A stretch of DNA of 64,000 nucleotides from the NCBI GenBank assembly GCA_965224085.1, contig CBDCYI010000004.1, positions 416,001 through 480,000 of the forward strand, written 5' to 3'. Within the stretch, counting starts at the first letter, position 1. Every line of letters starts with the position of its first letter. The DNA is from Candidatus Marinacidobacterales bacterium (GTDB lineage Bacteria > Acidobacteriota > Vicinamibacteria > Marinacidobacterales > SMYC01). Under the pieces are notes generated by a model. That model was not told the DNA's origin and did no database searches. It saw nothing but the letters and a program-made list of their open reading frames with translations. This document shows positions 52,151-62,367 of this stretch, piece by piece. The position numbers were made by a program, and so were the translations under genes.

Positions 52151-52344
52151 TAAGCTGCGCTACGACGCCGGCGCCGAGCTCCAATTCCTCACGCCGATCT
52201 GGAACATCCTCTTCCGAGTCGGCTACGGATTCAATCTGGATCCCGTCTTCGATGAGAGCCGCGTCCGCTTCTTCTTCACACTCGCCGTGAGGTTCTGACG
52301 ACTTGCAGCATGAGCTGCAGTTCTAGGAAACAAGCTGCGGAGCG

Positions 52345-52487
52345 GAACCTCGACGGCTTCGATGACTTCGCACACGTCGTAAACCTCATCGACCGCCTCG
52401 GCGCCCGCGGCTAAGCAAGCGGCGACAGTCGGCAAGATTCTCGGCGAGAACTACCTCCGCGTGGCGGCCGAAGTGTGGCAAGCCTGA
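52345..52487 (+). pseudogene. C-terminal remnant of a membrane dipeptidase (M19)-like gene
   Basis: Manual reading: KILGENYLRVAAEVWQA*. Confidence 0.5.
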
Positions 52488-52562
52488 CGTCGAGGGATTG
52501 CGCCCCGACGGGTGCACCCGTACAATAAAAATCTAGCCACATCCAAACCTACCTAGAGTTCT

Positions 52563-53165
52563 ATGACCGACCAGCCCCAACACTCGAACCGTAGCCGTCT
52601 GAGTCGCACCATCGAGCGCCGGTTCGAAAACTTTCTATGGCATTTCCGCCTCGTGATCGTACCGGGCGTGATCGGCCTCCTGATGGCGTCGAGCGTCGTC
52701 TTCGTGCTCGGGATCGTCGAAACAACGGCCCTCGTCGGCGAGTTCGCGACAACTCTATGGACCAACCACGGCCACCTCGCCAGCGAAGAAGGCAACGGGC
52801 TCCTAACGTATAACGCATTCATCATCAGCGTCATTACTGTCGTCGACGATTTCCTCGTCGGGATCGTACTCCTGATCTTCGGACTCGGGTCCTACGATCT
52901 GTTCGTCTCGCGCATCGACCCCGCCCTCGAGCAAACGGACATCCGCCCAGACTGGCTCATCTTCAGCTCGCTCGAAGAGCTCAAGAGCGTTCTCGGTAAG
53001 GTCGTGCTGATGATCCTCACCATCATGTTTCTCAAGGTCACTATCGACTTGAAGTTCGAGCAACCCATCGACCTCATCTATCTCGGCGGCGGGATCGCGC
53101 TCGTAAGCCTAGGCCTCAAGCTCACGCACGGTAAGGATATCGATAGAACCAAAGTGCCCGATTAG
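52563..53165 (+). CDS. YqhA/UPF0114 membrane protein
   Basis: VDDFLVGIVLLIFGLGSYDLFVSRID, WLIFSSLEELK. Confidence 0.85.
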   Translation: MTDQPQHSNRSRLSRTIERRFENFLWHFRLVIVPGVIGLLMASSVVFVLGIVETTALVGEFATTLWTNHGHLASEEGNGLLTYNAFIISVITVVDDFLVGIVLLIFGLGSYDLFVSRIDPALEQTDIRPDWLIFSSLEELKSVLGKVVLMILTIMFLKVTIDLKFEQPIDLIYLGGGIALVSLGLKLTHGKDIDRTKVPD

Positions 53166-53260
53166 CCCCTCACGCGGGGTAGAGCGTTATGGCGACCGCG
53201 ACCTGCGCCTTTCACGAATTTTTTGCTGGATGAAATCCACTCCATAGACACGCTCCGCCA

Positions 53261-53602
53261 TCAGCAGGTTGTGGGAGGGGCACAAGAGCCTAAGAGCTTG
53301 CTCACCTTGTTGCGAAAGATAGCGAACGGCGACTTATGGTCGAGGTGGAGTCCCACGCGGGCCGTACAACGTGTCCCATCCGGACCAAAATACGAACACT
53401 GATAGCCGTCTCGTTCGTGAACCCGCTCGGAAACCTCCGATGCCACGTATCGTGACTTGGCGCGCTGGTCTTTTTCGCCATCTCGTTCTGAACGAGATAT
53501 CTCGGAGGCTGGTTTCTGCCTCTTCCTTCGACGCTCGAGCTTCTTCTTCGGGTCTTCCTTCTCAAGCGCGATGTCGAGCGCTTTCTCCAAAATTTCGGCC
53601 AT
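53261..53602 (-). pseudogene. HNH endonuclease remnant
   Basis: VHERDGYQCSY...RC...LHLDH..PFA; 5' part missing. Confidence 0.7.
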
Positions 53603-53939
53603 TTTCTTCTGGGCGTTCTCGACGCTTCTGATATTATAGCGATTCCTGGTGTCTCACCCGCTGGCGCTGCTTGCCGCCTTCCCCTGGCGCTTCGACCGCC
53701 CCTGTGGCCCTTTTACCTACATTTCACTGTCTGTGTTTCCCCGCGCTTCAAGGGTCACAGATGCTTGGGCGCGAAGTTGATAATCTCGCGGGCCTCGGAT
53801 TAGATTAGAAAGGTGCATCAGATGGTTCGCACGGCTTTCAAATCGGCATCTCGGGCCTCTCCTTTGAGTTTCGCTTTTTCGGCGCCGAATTATCCCCGCA
53901 ACCTACCCACCCAAGAGGTTTACGAAAATCTTGGCTCGA

Positions 53940-54075
53940 AAGCGAGTCAAAGTCGAGCACCTTGATCCGCCGTCCTCGGGAACCATCACGTTGTCCAGCT
54001 TCAAATCCCGATGCGTGATAGCCGCCCCATGCGCCGCCGCCACAGCATTCGCAAGCGGGACGCGATCTCGAAAAA
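53940..54075 (-). pseudogene. Ser/Thr kinase fragment
   Basis: AAAHGAAITHRDLKLDNVMV. Confidence 0.65.
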
Positions 54076-54219
54076 CTCGCTCAGCGCCATTCCGCTTGGA
54101 GACAAAACCTCCGTAAGCGTTTGCCCGAGCATCGTAAGCGGACATCATCATAAGAAAATTGCCGAAATCAGACCGTAAAACTGGACGCGCGCGCGCAGAG
54201 TCGATAGAGTTCGGCGTTC

Positions 54220-54714
54220 ATGTCCAAATTGCGGCGGTTTTTTTATCTGGCCATCGGTACGTCCTTCGGCCTCGGCCTCGCCCCTATCGCCCCCGGCAGC
54301 TTCGGCGCGCTCGTCGGCGTGGCCTATCACGTCGGCGTCGTGCTCTGGCTTGACGCCTCGTGGCATGTCCCGATGCTGGTTCTCGGCCTGGCGCTCGTGG
54401 CGGCAGCAAACCACTTCCTGACCCCTTGGGCCGTAGGGTACTGGAACAACGATGACCCGGGGAATTTCGTGCTCGACGAAGTGGCGGGCTACCTCGTCGT
54501 CCCCATCCTCTTCCGGGGGGGCGAGCTCTGGCAGGTCGCCCTCGTTGGCTTTCTCCTCTTCCGCATCTTCGACATCGTCAAAATTCCTCCCGCCAAGCAG
54601 ATCGACCGCGACATGCACGGCTCCTGGGGGATCATCCTCGACGACCTCGTCAGCGGCGCCTACGCGGCGCTCGCCCTATACGGGCTCGTTTGGGCCGGCG
54701 TGATGGCTCCCTGA
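54220..54714 (+). CDS. pgpA: Phosphatidylglycerophosphatase A
   Basis: PIAPGSFG, DPGNFVLDEVAG, FRIFDIVK, GIILDDLVSG. Confidence 0.93.
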   Translation: MSKLRRFFYLAIGTSFGLGLAPIAPGSFGALVGVAYHVGVVLWLDASWHVPMLVLGLALVAAANHFLTPWAVGYWNNDDPGNFVLDEVAGYLVVPILFRGGELWQVALVGFLLFRIFDIVKIPPAKQIDRDMHGSWGIILDDLVSGAYAALALYGLVWAGVMAP

Positions 54715-54826
54715 GACGCCCGGTGGCGGTCCGCGCCCCAGTTGCTAAACTAGAACCATAGTTCTCGAACCATCCAGTCCAAATTCCTGAAATTCCAAGG
54801 CCGCTCTTTTTTAGGGCGACGAGTCT

Positions 54827-56788
54827 ATGGCATCGCACGCAATCACGTTCCGACAGCGTTGGCGCTATCGCATCGACAGCTTCCTCGCGCGAGGCAGCGG
54901 CCCTCTCTTTCTGTCCCTCATCGTCGCTTTTTTCGGCTCGATCGCCCTGATCGGCTCGATGCGATGGCTGTTCCACCAGTTTGCCCCCGACACAGAGCAC
55001 ACCCTCGCCGACCAGCTTTGGGTCATCTTTCTCCAGCTGACCGACCCCGGGAACATGGTCCAGGACAACGACACGCCGACGATTTTCAAGACCGCGGCCG
55101 TCGTTGCCGGCATCACGGGCGTCGTCATCTTCTCTGCTTTCATTGCGTTTCTCACCACCGCGCTCGACCAGGCGATCGCGCATCTGAAAAAAGGCCATAG
55201 CCAAGTGCTCGAGTCGGGTCACTCCTTGATCCTCGGCTGGAGCCCGCGCGTGGTCGAGATCCTCCGTGAGCTCGTCGAGGCGAACGAGAGCGAATCCGAT
55301 CCGGTCGTCGTCATCCTCGCGGAAAAGGACAAAGAGAAGATGGACGAGTACCTCCGGAGCAACTTCACCGACCGGAGGAACACGCGCATCGTGACGCGCA
55401 GCGGGGCCCCCGCTTCTGTCCAAGCGCTCGACCGCGTCAGCGCCCGCGAGGCGAAATCCGCCATCGTGCTCGCCCATTGCAACCCCGCCGCGAGCCTCGA
55501 GACCAAGCTCTCGAGCGACGCCAAGGTGGTCAAGACCGTCCTCGCCGTCGAATCGCGACTCGGGGACGGCGCGGATTTTTCGATTGTCGCGGAAATCTTC
55601 ACCGACCGGAACCGGCAAGTGGTGAAGGACATCGCTCCCGAAATGGTGTCCGTCATCGACGCCGAGGAAATCCTTGCGAAGATCATGGTGCAGACGTCTC
55701 GTACGAGCGGCCTCTCGGTCGTTTATTCGGAGCTTCTGAGCTTTGAAGGCTGCGAGATGTATTTCCACAACAACCCGGCATGGTCCGGCCTTCGCTTCGA
55801 CCGGCTGCAATTTCACTTTCCCGACGGCGTTCCCATCGGGATTCGAGTTCCGGACGGGAAGATAGAAATCCGGCCTGCGCTCGACCGGGAGATAACAACC
55901 GAGGACGAGATCCTCATCGTCGCGGAAGACGACTCGACCATCGAGTTTCTGCCACACCCCGTCATGACCCCGAAAGAAGGCAGGATTCCGGACGAGCGCA
56001 TTCGTTTGAAATTCGAGCGCCAGCTCATACTCGGTTGGAGCTATAAAGCACCTATCATCATCCGCGAATATGCCGATTACGTTCTCGACGGCTCGCAAAT
56101 CGACGTCATGGTCAAAGATCCGCCGCCGCAACTGATGGAGACCATCCGGAAGCTCGACGCGGAGAGCACTGCGACCGTTCGCCTCATCGACAAAGATCCT
56201 CTCATCTGTGACGAGCTCGAGTCGATGTCCCCGTTTCTCTACAACAACGTCATCATCCTCCCCCAGAAACCGACCCTGGATAGTGAGCCCGAGCGAATCG
56301 ACTCCGAGACGATCGTTGTGCTGCTGCATCTGCGCAAACTGCAAAAAGCGCTCACGGAAGCGGGCAAGAGCGTCGAAACGAAGCTCATCACCGAAGTGCT
56401 CGAGTCCCTTAATCGCGAGCTCGTGTCCCATGCGGGCGTCAACGACTTCATCATCTCGGACAGAATGGTGTCGATGATCTTCGCCCAGATTAGCGAGGAA
56501 AGAGACATACAGCGTGTCTATGACAACCTCTTCCAAGAAGACGGTTCCGAGATCTACGTCAAGCCGGCTTGGCTCTATTTCCACAATCTTCCAGTCACGT
56601 GCCGATTCGGCGATTTGATGCGAGTAGCACAAAAAAGAGATGCAGAGATTTGTCTCGGATACAAGCTCAGTGCCCTCGAAAGCGATGCGGACGCAAACTT
56701 TGGTGTTAAACTGATACCTCTCAAGGATTCGGAGGTTACACTCACCGAGCAAGACAGCCCCGTCGTCGTCGCGGAAGACGACCGTTAG
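54827..56788 (+). CDS. CASTOR/POLLUX(DMI1)-like cation channel with RCK domains
   Basis: TM segments with TDPGNM filter-like motif, GHSQVLESGHSLILGWS, GLSVVYSELLSFEGCEMY, EDGSEIYVKP. Confidence 0.85.
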   Translation: MASHAITFRQRWRYRIDSFLARGSGPLFLSLIVAFFGSIALIGSMRWLFHQFAPDTEHTLADQLWVIFLQLTDPGNMVQDNDTPTIFKTAAVVAGITGVVIFSAFIAFLTTALDQAIAHLKKGHSQVLESGHSLILGWSPRVVEILRELVEANESESDPVVVILAEKDKEKMDEYLRSNFTDRRNTRIVTRSGAPASVQALDRVSAREAKSAIVLAHCNPAASLETKLSSDAKVVKTVLAVESRLGDGADFSIVAEIFTDRNRQVVKDIAPEMVSVIDAEEILAKIMVQTSRTSGLSVVYSELLSFEGCEMYFHNNPAWSGLRFDRLQFHFPDGVPIGIRVPDGKIEIRPALDREITTEDEILIVAEDDSTIEFLPHPVMTPKEGRIPDERIRLKFERQLILGWSYKAPIIIREYADYVLDGSQIDVMVKDPPPQLMETIRKLDAESTATVRLIDKDPLICDELESMSPFLYNNVIILPQKPTLDSEPERIDSETIVVLLHLRKLQKALTEAGKSVETKLITEVLESLNRELVSHAGVNDFIISDRMVSMIFAQISEERDIQRVYDNLFQEDGSEIYVKPAWLYFHNLPVTCRFGDLMRVAQKRDAEICLGYKLSALESDADANFGVKLIPLKDSEVTLTEQDSPVVVAEDDR

Positions 56789-56806
56789 ACCGCCCTCGAT
56801 CCCCCG

Positions 56807-57949
56807 ATGCACATCGAACAACTACTCGTTTCGCTCGGATTCATCACGCTCGCAAGCATCGTGATCATGTTTGCCAGTAACACGTTCGAATCCGCCTCGA
56901 ACTATCTCGGGCGCGACCTCGCAGCCGGGATCAAAGGCGCGACGATCAACGCCGCCGGCTCCTCGATGCCGGAGCTGCTGACGACCGCCGTCTTCCTGTT
57001 CGTTTACCAGGATCTGGACGGCTTCTCCGCAGGTGTCGCGACCGCGGCAGGCTCCGCGGTCTTCAACGGGCTCATCATCCCCGCCATTTGCATCTTCGTC
57101 GTCGTGATTTGGGGGACGAAGAAAAACGGTGTCGAGACCCAAGTGACCCATATCGAAGTCGACTCACGCTCCGTTCTGCGAGACGGTATCTGGCTCGTCA
57201 TCGGCGAAGTGATGCTCATCGTCTTTCTTGGCAAAACGACGTTGACCTGGGTCGCGGGCGCGTTGCTGCTCTTGAGTTATGTCGGTTACTGCGCGCATCT
57301 CCTCTACCACAACCGAAAGTTTAGTCTCGAAAGAAGTGAAGAGGAGAACGAGGAGGAGGAAGTCGGTGGTGCCTTGAGTTCGAAGCTCAAAGCGCTCCTG
57401 ACCTTCGACTTCAATACGCTGCTCTTTGGTGGCCAACGCTTCACGGCGGGTTCGGCGTGGACGGTACTCGCAGGCGCCGTCGCGGTGCTTGGCGCCGCCT
57501 GTCTCTTGCTCGCTGAATCCGTCATCAGAGTCGCGGAAGCGCTCGACATCCCCACCTACTTCACCGCGGTCGTGCTCGCGGCCGCTGCGACGAGCGTGCC
57601 CGACACCGTGCTTTCAGTGAAGGACGCACGCAACGGCAATTATGACGACGCCGTCTCGAACGCCCTCGGCTCGAATATCTTCGACATTGCGGTCTCGCTC
57701 GGGCTGCCGCTTCTCGTGTATTCGCTCATCTTCGGCGACGTGTCGCTGAGCGCCGTTGCCGGGACCTCGGCAGCGCAGGTGCAGATTCTGCGCATCGTGC
57801 TCCTGTGGGTGACGGTTGCTGTCATCTCCTTGATACTAATGGGGAAAAAGGCGGGCTTGGGTAAAGCCGCCGTCATGATGCTGATCTACGTCGGGTGGAT
57901 GACGTGGATCGCCGATTCCGCTTTCGATCTGGGAATCTTCCCTTCATAA
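56807..57949 (+). CDS. Na+/Ca2+ exchanger (CaCA family)
   Basis: alpha-1 GSSMPE...GSAVFN, alpha-2 ATSVPD...GSNIFD, acidic central loop. Confidence 0.9.
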   Translation: MHIEQLLVSLGFITLASIVIMFASNTFESASNYLGRDLAAGIKGATINAAGSSMPELLTTAVFLFVYQDLDGFSAGVATAAGSAVFNGLIIPAICIFVVVIWGTKKNGVETQVTHIEVDSRSVLRDGIWLVIGEVMLIVFLGKTTLTWVAGALLLLSYVGYCAHLLYHNRKFSLERSEEENEEEEVGGALSSKLKALLTFDFNTLLFGGQRFTAGSAWTVLAGAVAVLGAACLLLAESVIRVAEALDIPTYFTAVVLAAAATSVPDTVLSVKDARNGNYDDAVSNALGSNIFDIAVSLGLPLLVYSLIFGDVSLSAVAGTSAAQVQILRIVLLWVTVAVISLILMGKKAGLGKAAVMMLIYVGWMTWIADSAFDLGIFPS

Positions 57950-57967
57950 TCCCTCCTCACGACCGTC

Positions 57968-59620
57968 GTGGAGGTGTTTTCAGTGCGCGTTCTTGTCGCA
58001 AGTCTCGTTGTCTCTTGCGCTCTCGCATGCGAGCGAGCGCCCGAATACGACATTCTCATTCAAGGCGGTCGCGTCATCGACGGGACCGGCGGCCCGGCTC
58101 GTGAGGCCGATGTCGCTGTCCTTCAGGGCCTCATCGCGGACATCGGTGAGCTCGACGCCGCGCGCGCCAAACGCGTCATCGATGCGGAGGGGCGCGTCGT
58201 GACACCGGGTTTCATCGACATGATGGGCGGCAGCACCCTTCCCCTGTTACGCGATCCGGTCACCGCCGAGAGCAAGCTCCGCCAAGGCATCACTACAATG
58301 ATGGCCGGCGAAGGCCTCTCGCTTGCGCCTCACAACGCCCGCACCTTTGCCGAGCTCGACCTCGCCGAGCTCCCGCACCGCTGGACGCGCTTGGCCGAGT
58401 ATCTCCGTATTATCGAGGACACGGGTGTCGCTTTGAATGTGGTTCACAACGTCGGGGCGGCGCAGGTACGCCGCATCGTCCTCGGCGATGAAGACGTCGC
58501 GCCGAGCGAAGCGCAACTCGAAGAGATGACGTCGCTCATCGCCCAGGCGATGGAGGATGGCGCCGTCGGCATCTCGAGCTCGCTCATCTATCCGCCGGGC
58601 GCCTACGCGACGACCGAAGAACTCATCGAGCTCGCGAAAGCCGCTGCCCAAAAAGGCGGCGTCTACTTCACGCACATGCGCAACGAGAGTAATCACGTTC
58701 TCGAAGCTATCGACGAAGCGCTCGCGATCGGCCGCGGCGCCGGAATCCCGGTCCACATCTACCATTTGAAGGCGGCGGGAGAGGAAAACTGGCCCTTGAT
58801 GGAGCAGGCCCTCGAGCACATTCAAAACGCTATCGACGACGGGATGGACGTCACCGCCGATGTCTATCCCTACATCCGAAACGGCATCGGTCTCGGCTCG
58901 TTTCTCCATCCGCGCCACTATGCGCGCGGCGAAAAAGCCTTCATCGCAACGCTCGGCGATCAAGTCGTGCGCGCGCGCTTGCGCGAAGAAGTCGAGGAGA
59001 CCTCGGATTGGGAGAACTGGTACCGCCACGTCGGCAACGACTGGGACAATGTCCTCATCACGCGGGTGGGTCAAAAGACGCCTCCCGAGCTCGTGGGGCT
59101 CTCCGTCCAGGAAGCGGGCGACAAGCTAGGCGTCGATGCCTGGGACGCCTTCTTCGATCTCGTGGCGCAGGGTGGCTGCGGTGTTGCGCCAAAGAGCATG
59201 AATGAAGAGCAGAAGCATCTCGCGATGCAAGCAGATTTCATGTGCTTCGACAACGACGCCTCGCCCACGAACCCGACGGCCGTGGCAAGCTCCCATCCGC
59301 GCGCCTTTGGTGCCTTCCCGCGCGTCCTCGCAAAATATGTGCGCGAGGAGCAGGTGATCCCGCTCGAAGACGCGATTCGGAAGCTCACGTCTCTGCCGGC
59401 AAGGATCCTCAGACGCAATCAGCGCGGACGGCTCGAGCCGGGCATGGCCGCGGATATTCTCGTTTTCGACGAGACGCGCATCCAGGACACGGCGACGTTC
59501 ACAGAACCTCTCTCGTATTCCACCGGGATCGAGTTCGTTCTTGTAAACGGTGAGATCGTGATCGAATATGGCGAGCCGACTAGCGCGACTCCGGGCAAGG
59601 TGCTACGCCGTCAACCCTGA
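57968..59620 (+). CDS. N-acyl-D-amino-acid deacylase family amidohydrolase
   Basis: GGRVIDGTG, PGFID, THMRNE, HIYHLK, HPRAFGAFPRVL. Confidence 0.9.
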   Translation: MEVFSVRVLVASLVVSCALACERAPEYDILIQGGRVIDGTGGPAREADVAVLQGLIADIGELDAARAKRVIDAEGRVVTPGFIDMMGGSTLPLLRDPVTAESKLRQGITTMMAGEGLSLAPHNARTFAELDLAELPHRWTRLAEYLRIIEDTGVALNVVHNVGAAQVRRIVLGDEDVAPSEAQLEEMTSLIAQAMEDGAVGISSSLIYPPGAYATTEELIELAKAAAQKGGVYFTHMRNESNHVLEAIDEALAIGRGAGIPVHIYHLKAAGEENWPLMEQALEHIQNAIDDGMDVTADVYPYIRNGIGLGSFLHPRHYARGEKAFIATLGDQVVRARLREEVEETSDWENWYRHVGNDWDNVLITRVGQKTPPELVGLSVQEAGDKLGVDAWDAFFDLVAQGGCGVAPKSMNEEQKHLAMQADFMCFDNDASPTNPTAVASSHPRAFGAFPRVLAKYVREEQVIPLEDAIRKLTSLPARILRRNQRGRLEPGMAADILVFDETRIQDTATFTEPLSYSTGIEFVLVNGEIVIEYGEPTSATPGKVLRRQP

Positions 59621-59789
59621 GGTCCGTCTCGTTCGCGCTCGTACGCGATCTCGACCACCAAGCGCTCCTCGCCTTCCATCTTTGATAGCACGCCGTGCTC
59701 ATCGATGACTCGATTGGACGCGATGTAAGCCGCCGTCATGTCGTCGAGACTCTGTCCGAGAACGAGCCAAAGGGCCAATCCGAGAACCA

Positions 59790-60605
59790 TCATGCCGGCG
59801 TTCCTTCCGGCACGGGGAACAAGCGATCGAGCCACGATTTCCATTGCCCTCTGAGCTCTTCGAGCTCTTCGGCGGGAACGCCGAAAGTCGAGAGGTTCGC
59901 ATATAGGAACGTTTGCCCGCCCATGCGCTCGAAATCAAGCGCGAGGAGTGAATCTTCGAGGTTGTCGATGCGCATCGAAAGCGTGTGCGGCGGCTCGCGA
60001 ACGAGCACCTCGACTTCGAGCTCTTGCCCGAACGCGGTCGTGAGCGATTCTCGCTCGCCGGTACCGACACTTCCGAGGTCGCCTTCGGCGGCGAGCCCCT
60101 CGGGTCCCATGAGCTTCTGCCACGCTTCGTCCACCGGGATGCGCACGGGCTGCATGAACATGATGTTCTCGCGCGCCTGACCGAGATGTCGCTCCAAGTA
60201 GTGCCGAAGTCCGGCAAAAAACATCTTCCAGCCGCGGCCGGTATCTTCGTAGAAGTCATCCCACTCGGCCGCGGCCGGGATGCCGGACTGGACGAGTCGC
60301 AGCACCGTGATCTCGCCATCGGACTCGAGAAAATATTCCTCGACCATCGGCTCGTCGAGCTTCGTAGGCTCTTCGGATTCGTGCACCAGCCGCAAATGGC
60401 GGTTTTTGTCGAAGCGCGCGATCCGGGAGGCGCCCGCCATCCCTTCGCCCCATGATACCCAGTAGCGCCCTCCTTCAGATAGCGAGACCTCCGCCTCAGG
60501 CGCGTACCAGCGGATGATCTCTTCGGCATCCGTGATCGCTTTCCAAACCGCTTCGACGGAAGCTCGAATCTCGATACGTTGCTCTCTTCGCCGTGTCTTG
60601 CTCAT
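59790..60605 (-). CDS. SRPBCC (AHSA1-like) domain protein
   Basis: IEIRASVEAVWKAITD...RW, GWKMFF..LRHYLE. Confidence 0.85.
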   Translation of the reverse strand: MSKTRRREQRIEIRASVEAVWKAITDAEEIIRWYAPEAEVSLSEGGRYWVSWGEGMAGASRIARFDKNRHLRLVHESEEPTKLDEPMVEEYFLESDGEITVLRLVQSGIPAAAEWDDFYEDTGRGWKMFFAGLRHYLERHLGQARENIMFMQPVRIPVDEAWQKLMGPEGLAAEGDLGSVGTGERESLTTAFGQELEVEVLVREPPHTLSMRIDNLEDSLLALDFERMGGQTFLYANLSTFGVPAEELEELRGQWKSWLDRLFPVPEGTPA

Positions 60606-61195
60606 GTCGCCTCCTTGCGCGCTGGGTGAGCTCCGAGCACGAAGCGGAATCGCCGGCCTCGGGCTCCTTCAGAAGCTCCGTGTTTTTGAACGAGGCGCTC
60701 CATTTCCTTGCCAAGCTCCTCGGTGAACGCGTCGAAATCTTCGGGTCTCTCGAAACGAATTTCAGTCTCGAGCGTTTGGGTCAAGAGCTTCTTTCGCGCC
60801 CGAGCGGCACGCTCTCGAAGGACCGCGACGTCGCGGATCATCCGGGCAGCGACAGCGACGAGGTAAGCGCTCGAGAAACGATCGCGGATCGTGGCTCCGT
60901 CCGCCGCGATCGGTCCGAGAAGCGCCGGGTCGATCACGAAAGCCTTCGCACTCGGCCGGAAAATGCGCTCGATGCAGCCCCGTTTCGGGCGCTCCTCGAT
61001 GAGCTCGACGAAACCACTTTTCTCGAGCTCCCGCAGGTGGTAGTTCACCTTCTGGCGTGGCATCTCGAGCCGCACGGCCAGTCCGGCCGCGGAGTCCGGC
61101 TCGACGAGCTCTTTCAGGATCCGACGACGGATTGGTGCTAAGGCCGCGCTCACGCTCGCGGCGTCATCTAGCACTTTCACGGAACTCGTGGGCAT
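60602..61195 (-). CDS. ArsR-like winged-helix transcriptional regulator
   Basis: PIRRRILKEL..PDSAAGLA...RQKVNYHLRELE. Confidence 0.88.
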   Translation of the reverse strand: MPTSSVKVLDDAASVSAALAPIRRRILKELVEPDSAAGLAVRLEMPRQKVNYHLRELEKSGFVELIEERPKRGCIERIFRPSAKAFVIDPALLGPIAADGATIRDRFSSAYLVAVAARMIRDVAVLRERAARARKKLLTQTLETEIRFERPEDFDAFTEELGKEMERLVQKHGASEGARGRRFRFVLGAHPARKEAT

Positions 61196-61207
61196 CGTTA
61201 CGGCGTC

Positions 61208-61239
61208 ATTCTACAATTGACAAATTATTTTGTCTATTG
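61208..61239 (-). promoter_or_regulatory. Promoter overlapped by an inverted-repeat operator
   Basis: Minus strand TAGACA-N17-TAGAAT; CAATtGACAAA-ttat-TTTGTCtATTG palindrome at 61214-61239. Confidence 0.65.
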
Positions 61240-61287
61240 GTACTAAAAGCCTCGTGCGGGTCCGGTTCCCTTCTTTTTTTGCTGGGG

Positions 61288-62367
61288 CTACTGGGAGACG
61301 ATGTCGAGAAGCATCGAGGGGGTAGCCGGCTCGGAAGCTGTAGCGCTGACTTCAACACGGCTTCCCGAAGGGAGTGGCACCGGCTCAGCGAGCCAATATT
61401 TGCGCGGCCAGTCGGAGCGCGGTTGATACAAGCGGATGAGGGCTTCGCGCGAGCCATCCGGTAGGACGAGCTCCGCGCTAAACGCGTCGATATCCTTCTC
61501 GAGTGTCGGCACGAGGGCTATGAGCTCGCCGGGACGCCCCATCGTGAGAGGCGAGCCCGCGTTCACGGCAACGGTCTCGACCAGCTTGGCGGCGTCGCCT
61601 TCGTGAAAATAAAGCGCGAGCGTGCTCTGATCAAAAACCGCCGAACCCTCATCGAGCCACGTTTTCTTGTAGTGCAGGCGCAGCCGGATCTCGGCGCCCG
61701 CAGGCACCCGCCACCCGATGCCGCTCGGAAGCGCCTGCGGCGTCTGCCCCGGGACCCACGTCGTGAGCGGCTCCGAGGCATTACCGAGCGTCATCGTCGC
61801 CGAACGGACGATGTTCGCACTTCCGGGCCGGAAGTCGATCGCACGCAACGTGCGATCCGCTCCGAGACCCGTCGCGAGAACGATCTCTTCGACGGCCTCC
61901 GAGCTATCCGCATCGAGCTCGAAGGCAGAAAGCATCGCGAGCTTGAGGTCGGGACTGCCGAGCGGCCATGAACGAGCATCGGCGCTCGGCGGGCTCGGCG
62001 AGTTCGTAGGGGGGTCCCCTTCCGGGCTTCCACCGAGACACCAATCGACGATCGTGTCCATCTCTTTCGCCGAAACAGCGCCACGATGTTTGAAAGCCCC
62101 GAATCGCTCGTCGACGAACCAGGGCGGCATCGAAAGGTTCAGTATTTCGTTCTTGATCGAGACGGCCCACGGGAAGGCCGAGTTGTAGGTCAGAAGCGAC
62201 ATCGGCGCCACGCCACCCGAGCGATGGCACGAGCCGCACTTCGCCGCGAAGATGGGATAGATGTCCTTGTTATAAGTGAACGTCGTCACGGTAGGCTTAT
62301 GGGCCCAAACAGGTATGGCGAAAGCAAGTGCGACAACGGTGAAGGCTGCCCGGCCTAGCCACCTCAT
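61288..62367 (-). CDS. Exported c-type cytochrome with monooxygenase-like beta domain
   Basis: Signal peptide, CGSCHR, APMSL, MPPW, FRPG. Confidence 0.75.
   Translation of the reverse strand: MRWLGRAAFTVVALAFAIPVWAHKPTVTTFTYNKDIYPIFAAKCGSCHRSGGVAPMSLLTYNSAFPWAVSIKNEILNLSMPPWFVDERFGAFKHRGAVSAKEMDTIVDWCLGGSPEGDPPTNSPSPPSADARSWPLGSPDLKLAMLSAFELDADSSEAVEEIVLATGLGADRTLRAIDFRPGSANIVRSATMTLGNASEPLTTWVPGQTPQALPSGIGWRVPAGAEIRLRLHYKKTWLDEGSAVFDQSTLALYFHEGDAAKLVETVAVNAGSPLTMGRPGELIALVPTLEKDIDAFSAELVLPDGSREALIRLYQPRSDWPRKYWLAEPVPLPSGSRVEVSATASEPATPSMLLDIVSQ

Larger units (their letters stand above)
48769..52298 (+). pseudogene. BamA/Omp85 family protein, frameshifted near 49165 and interrupted by ISAzo13
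   Basis: POTRA-like segments, MRGF motif, FFDIGNV; C-terminus KLRYDAG...AVRF resumes after 52150. Confidence 0.85.

Noticed and set aside
54650-56821. 723-aa minus-strand ORF
   Set aside because: Antisense shadow of the channel gene
59611-59792. Short ORF resembling a class II aldolase N-terminus
   Set aside because: Similarity too weak and fragment too short to call
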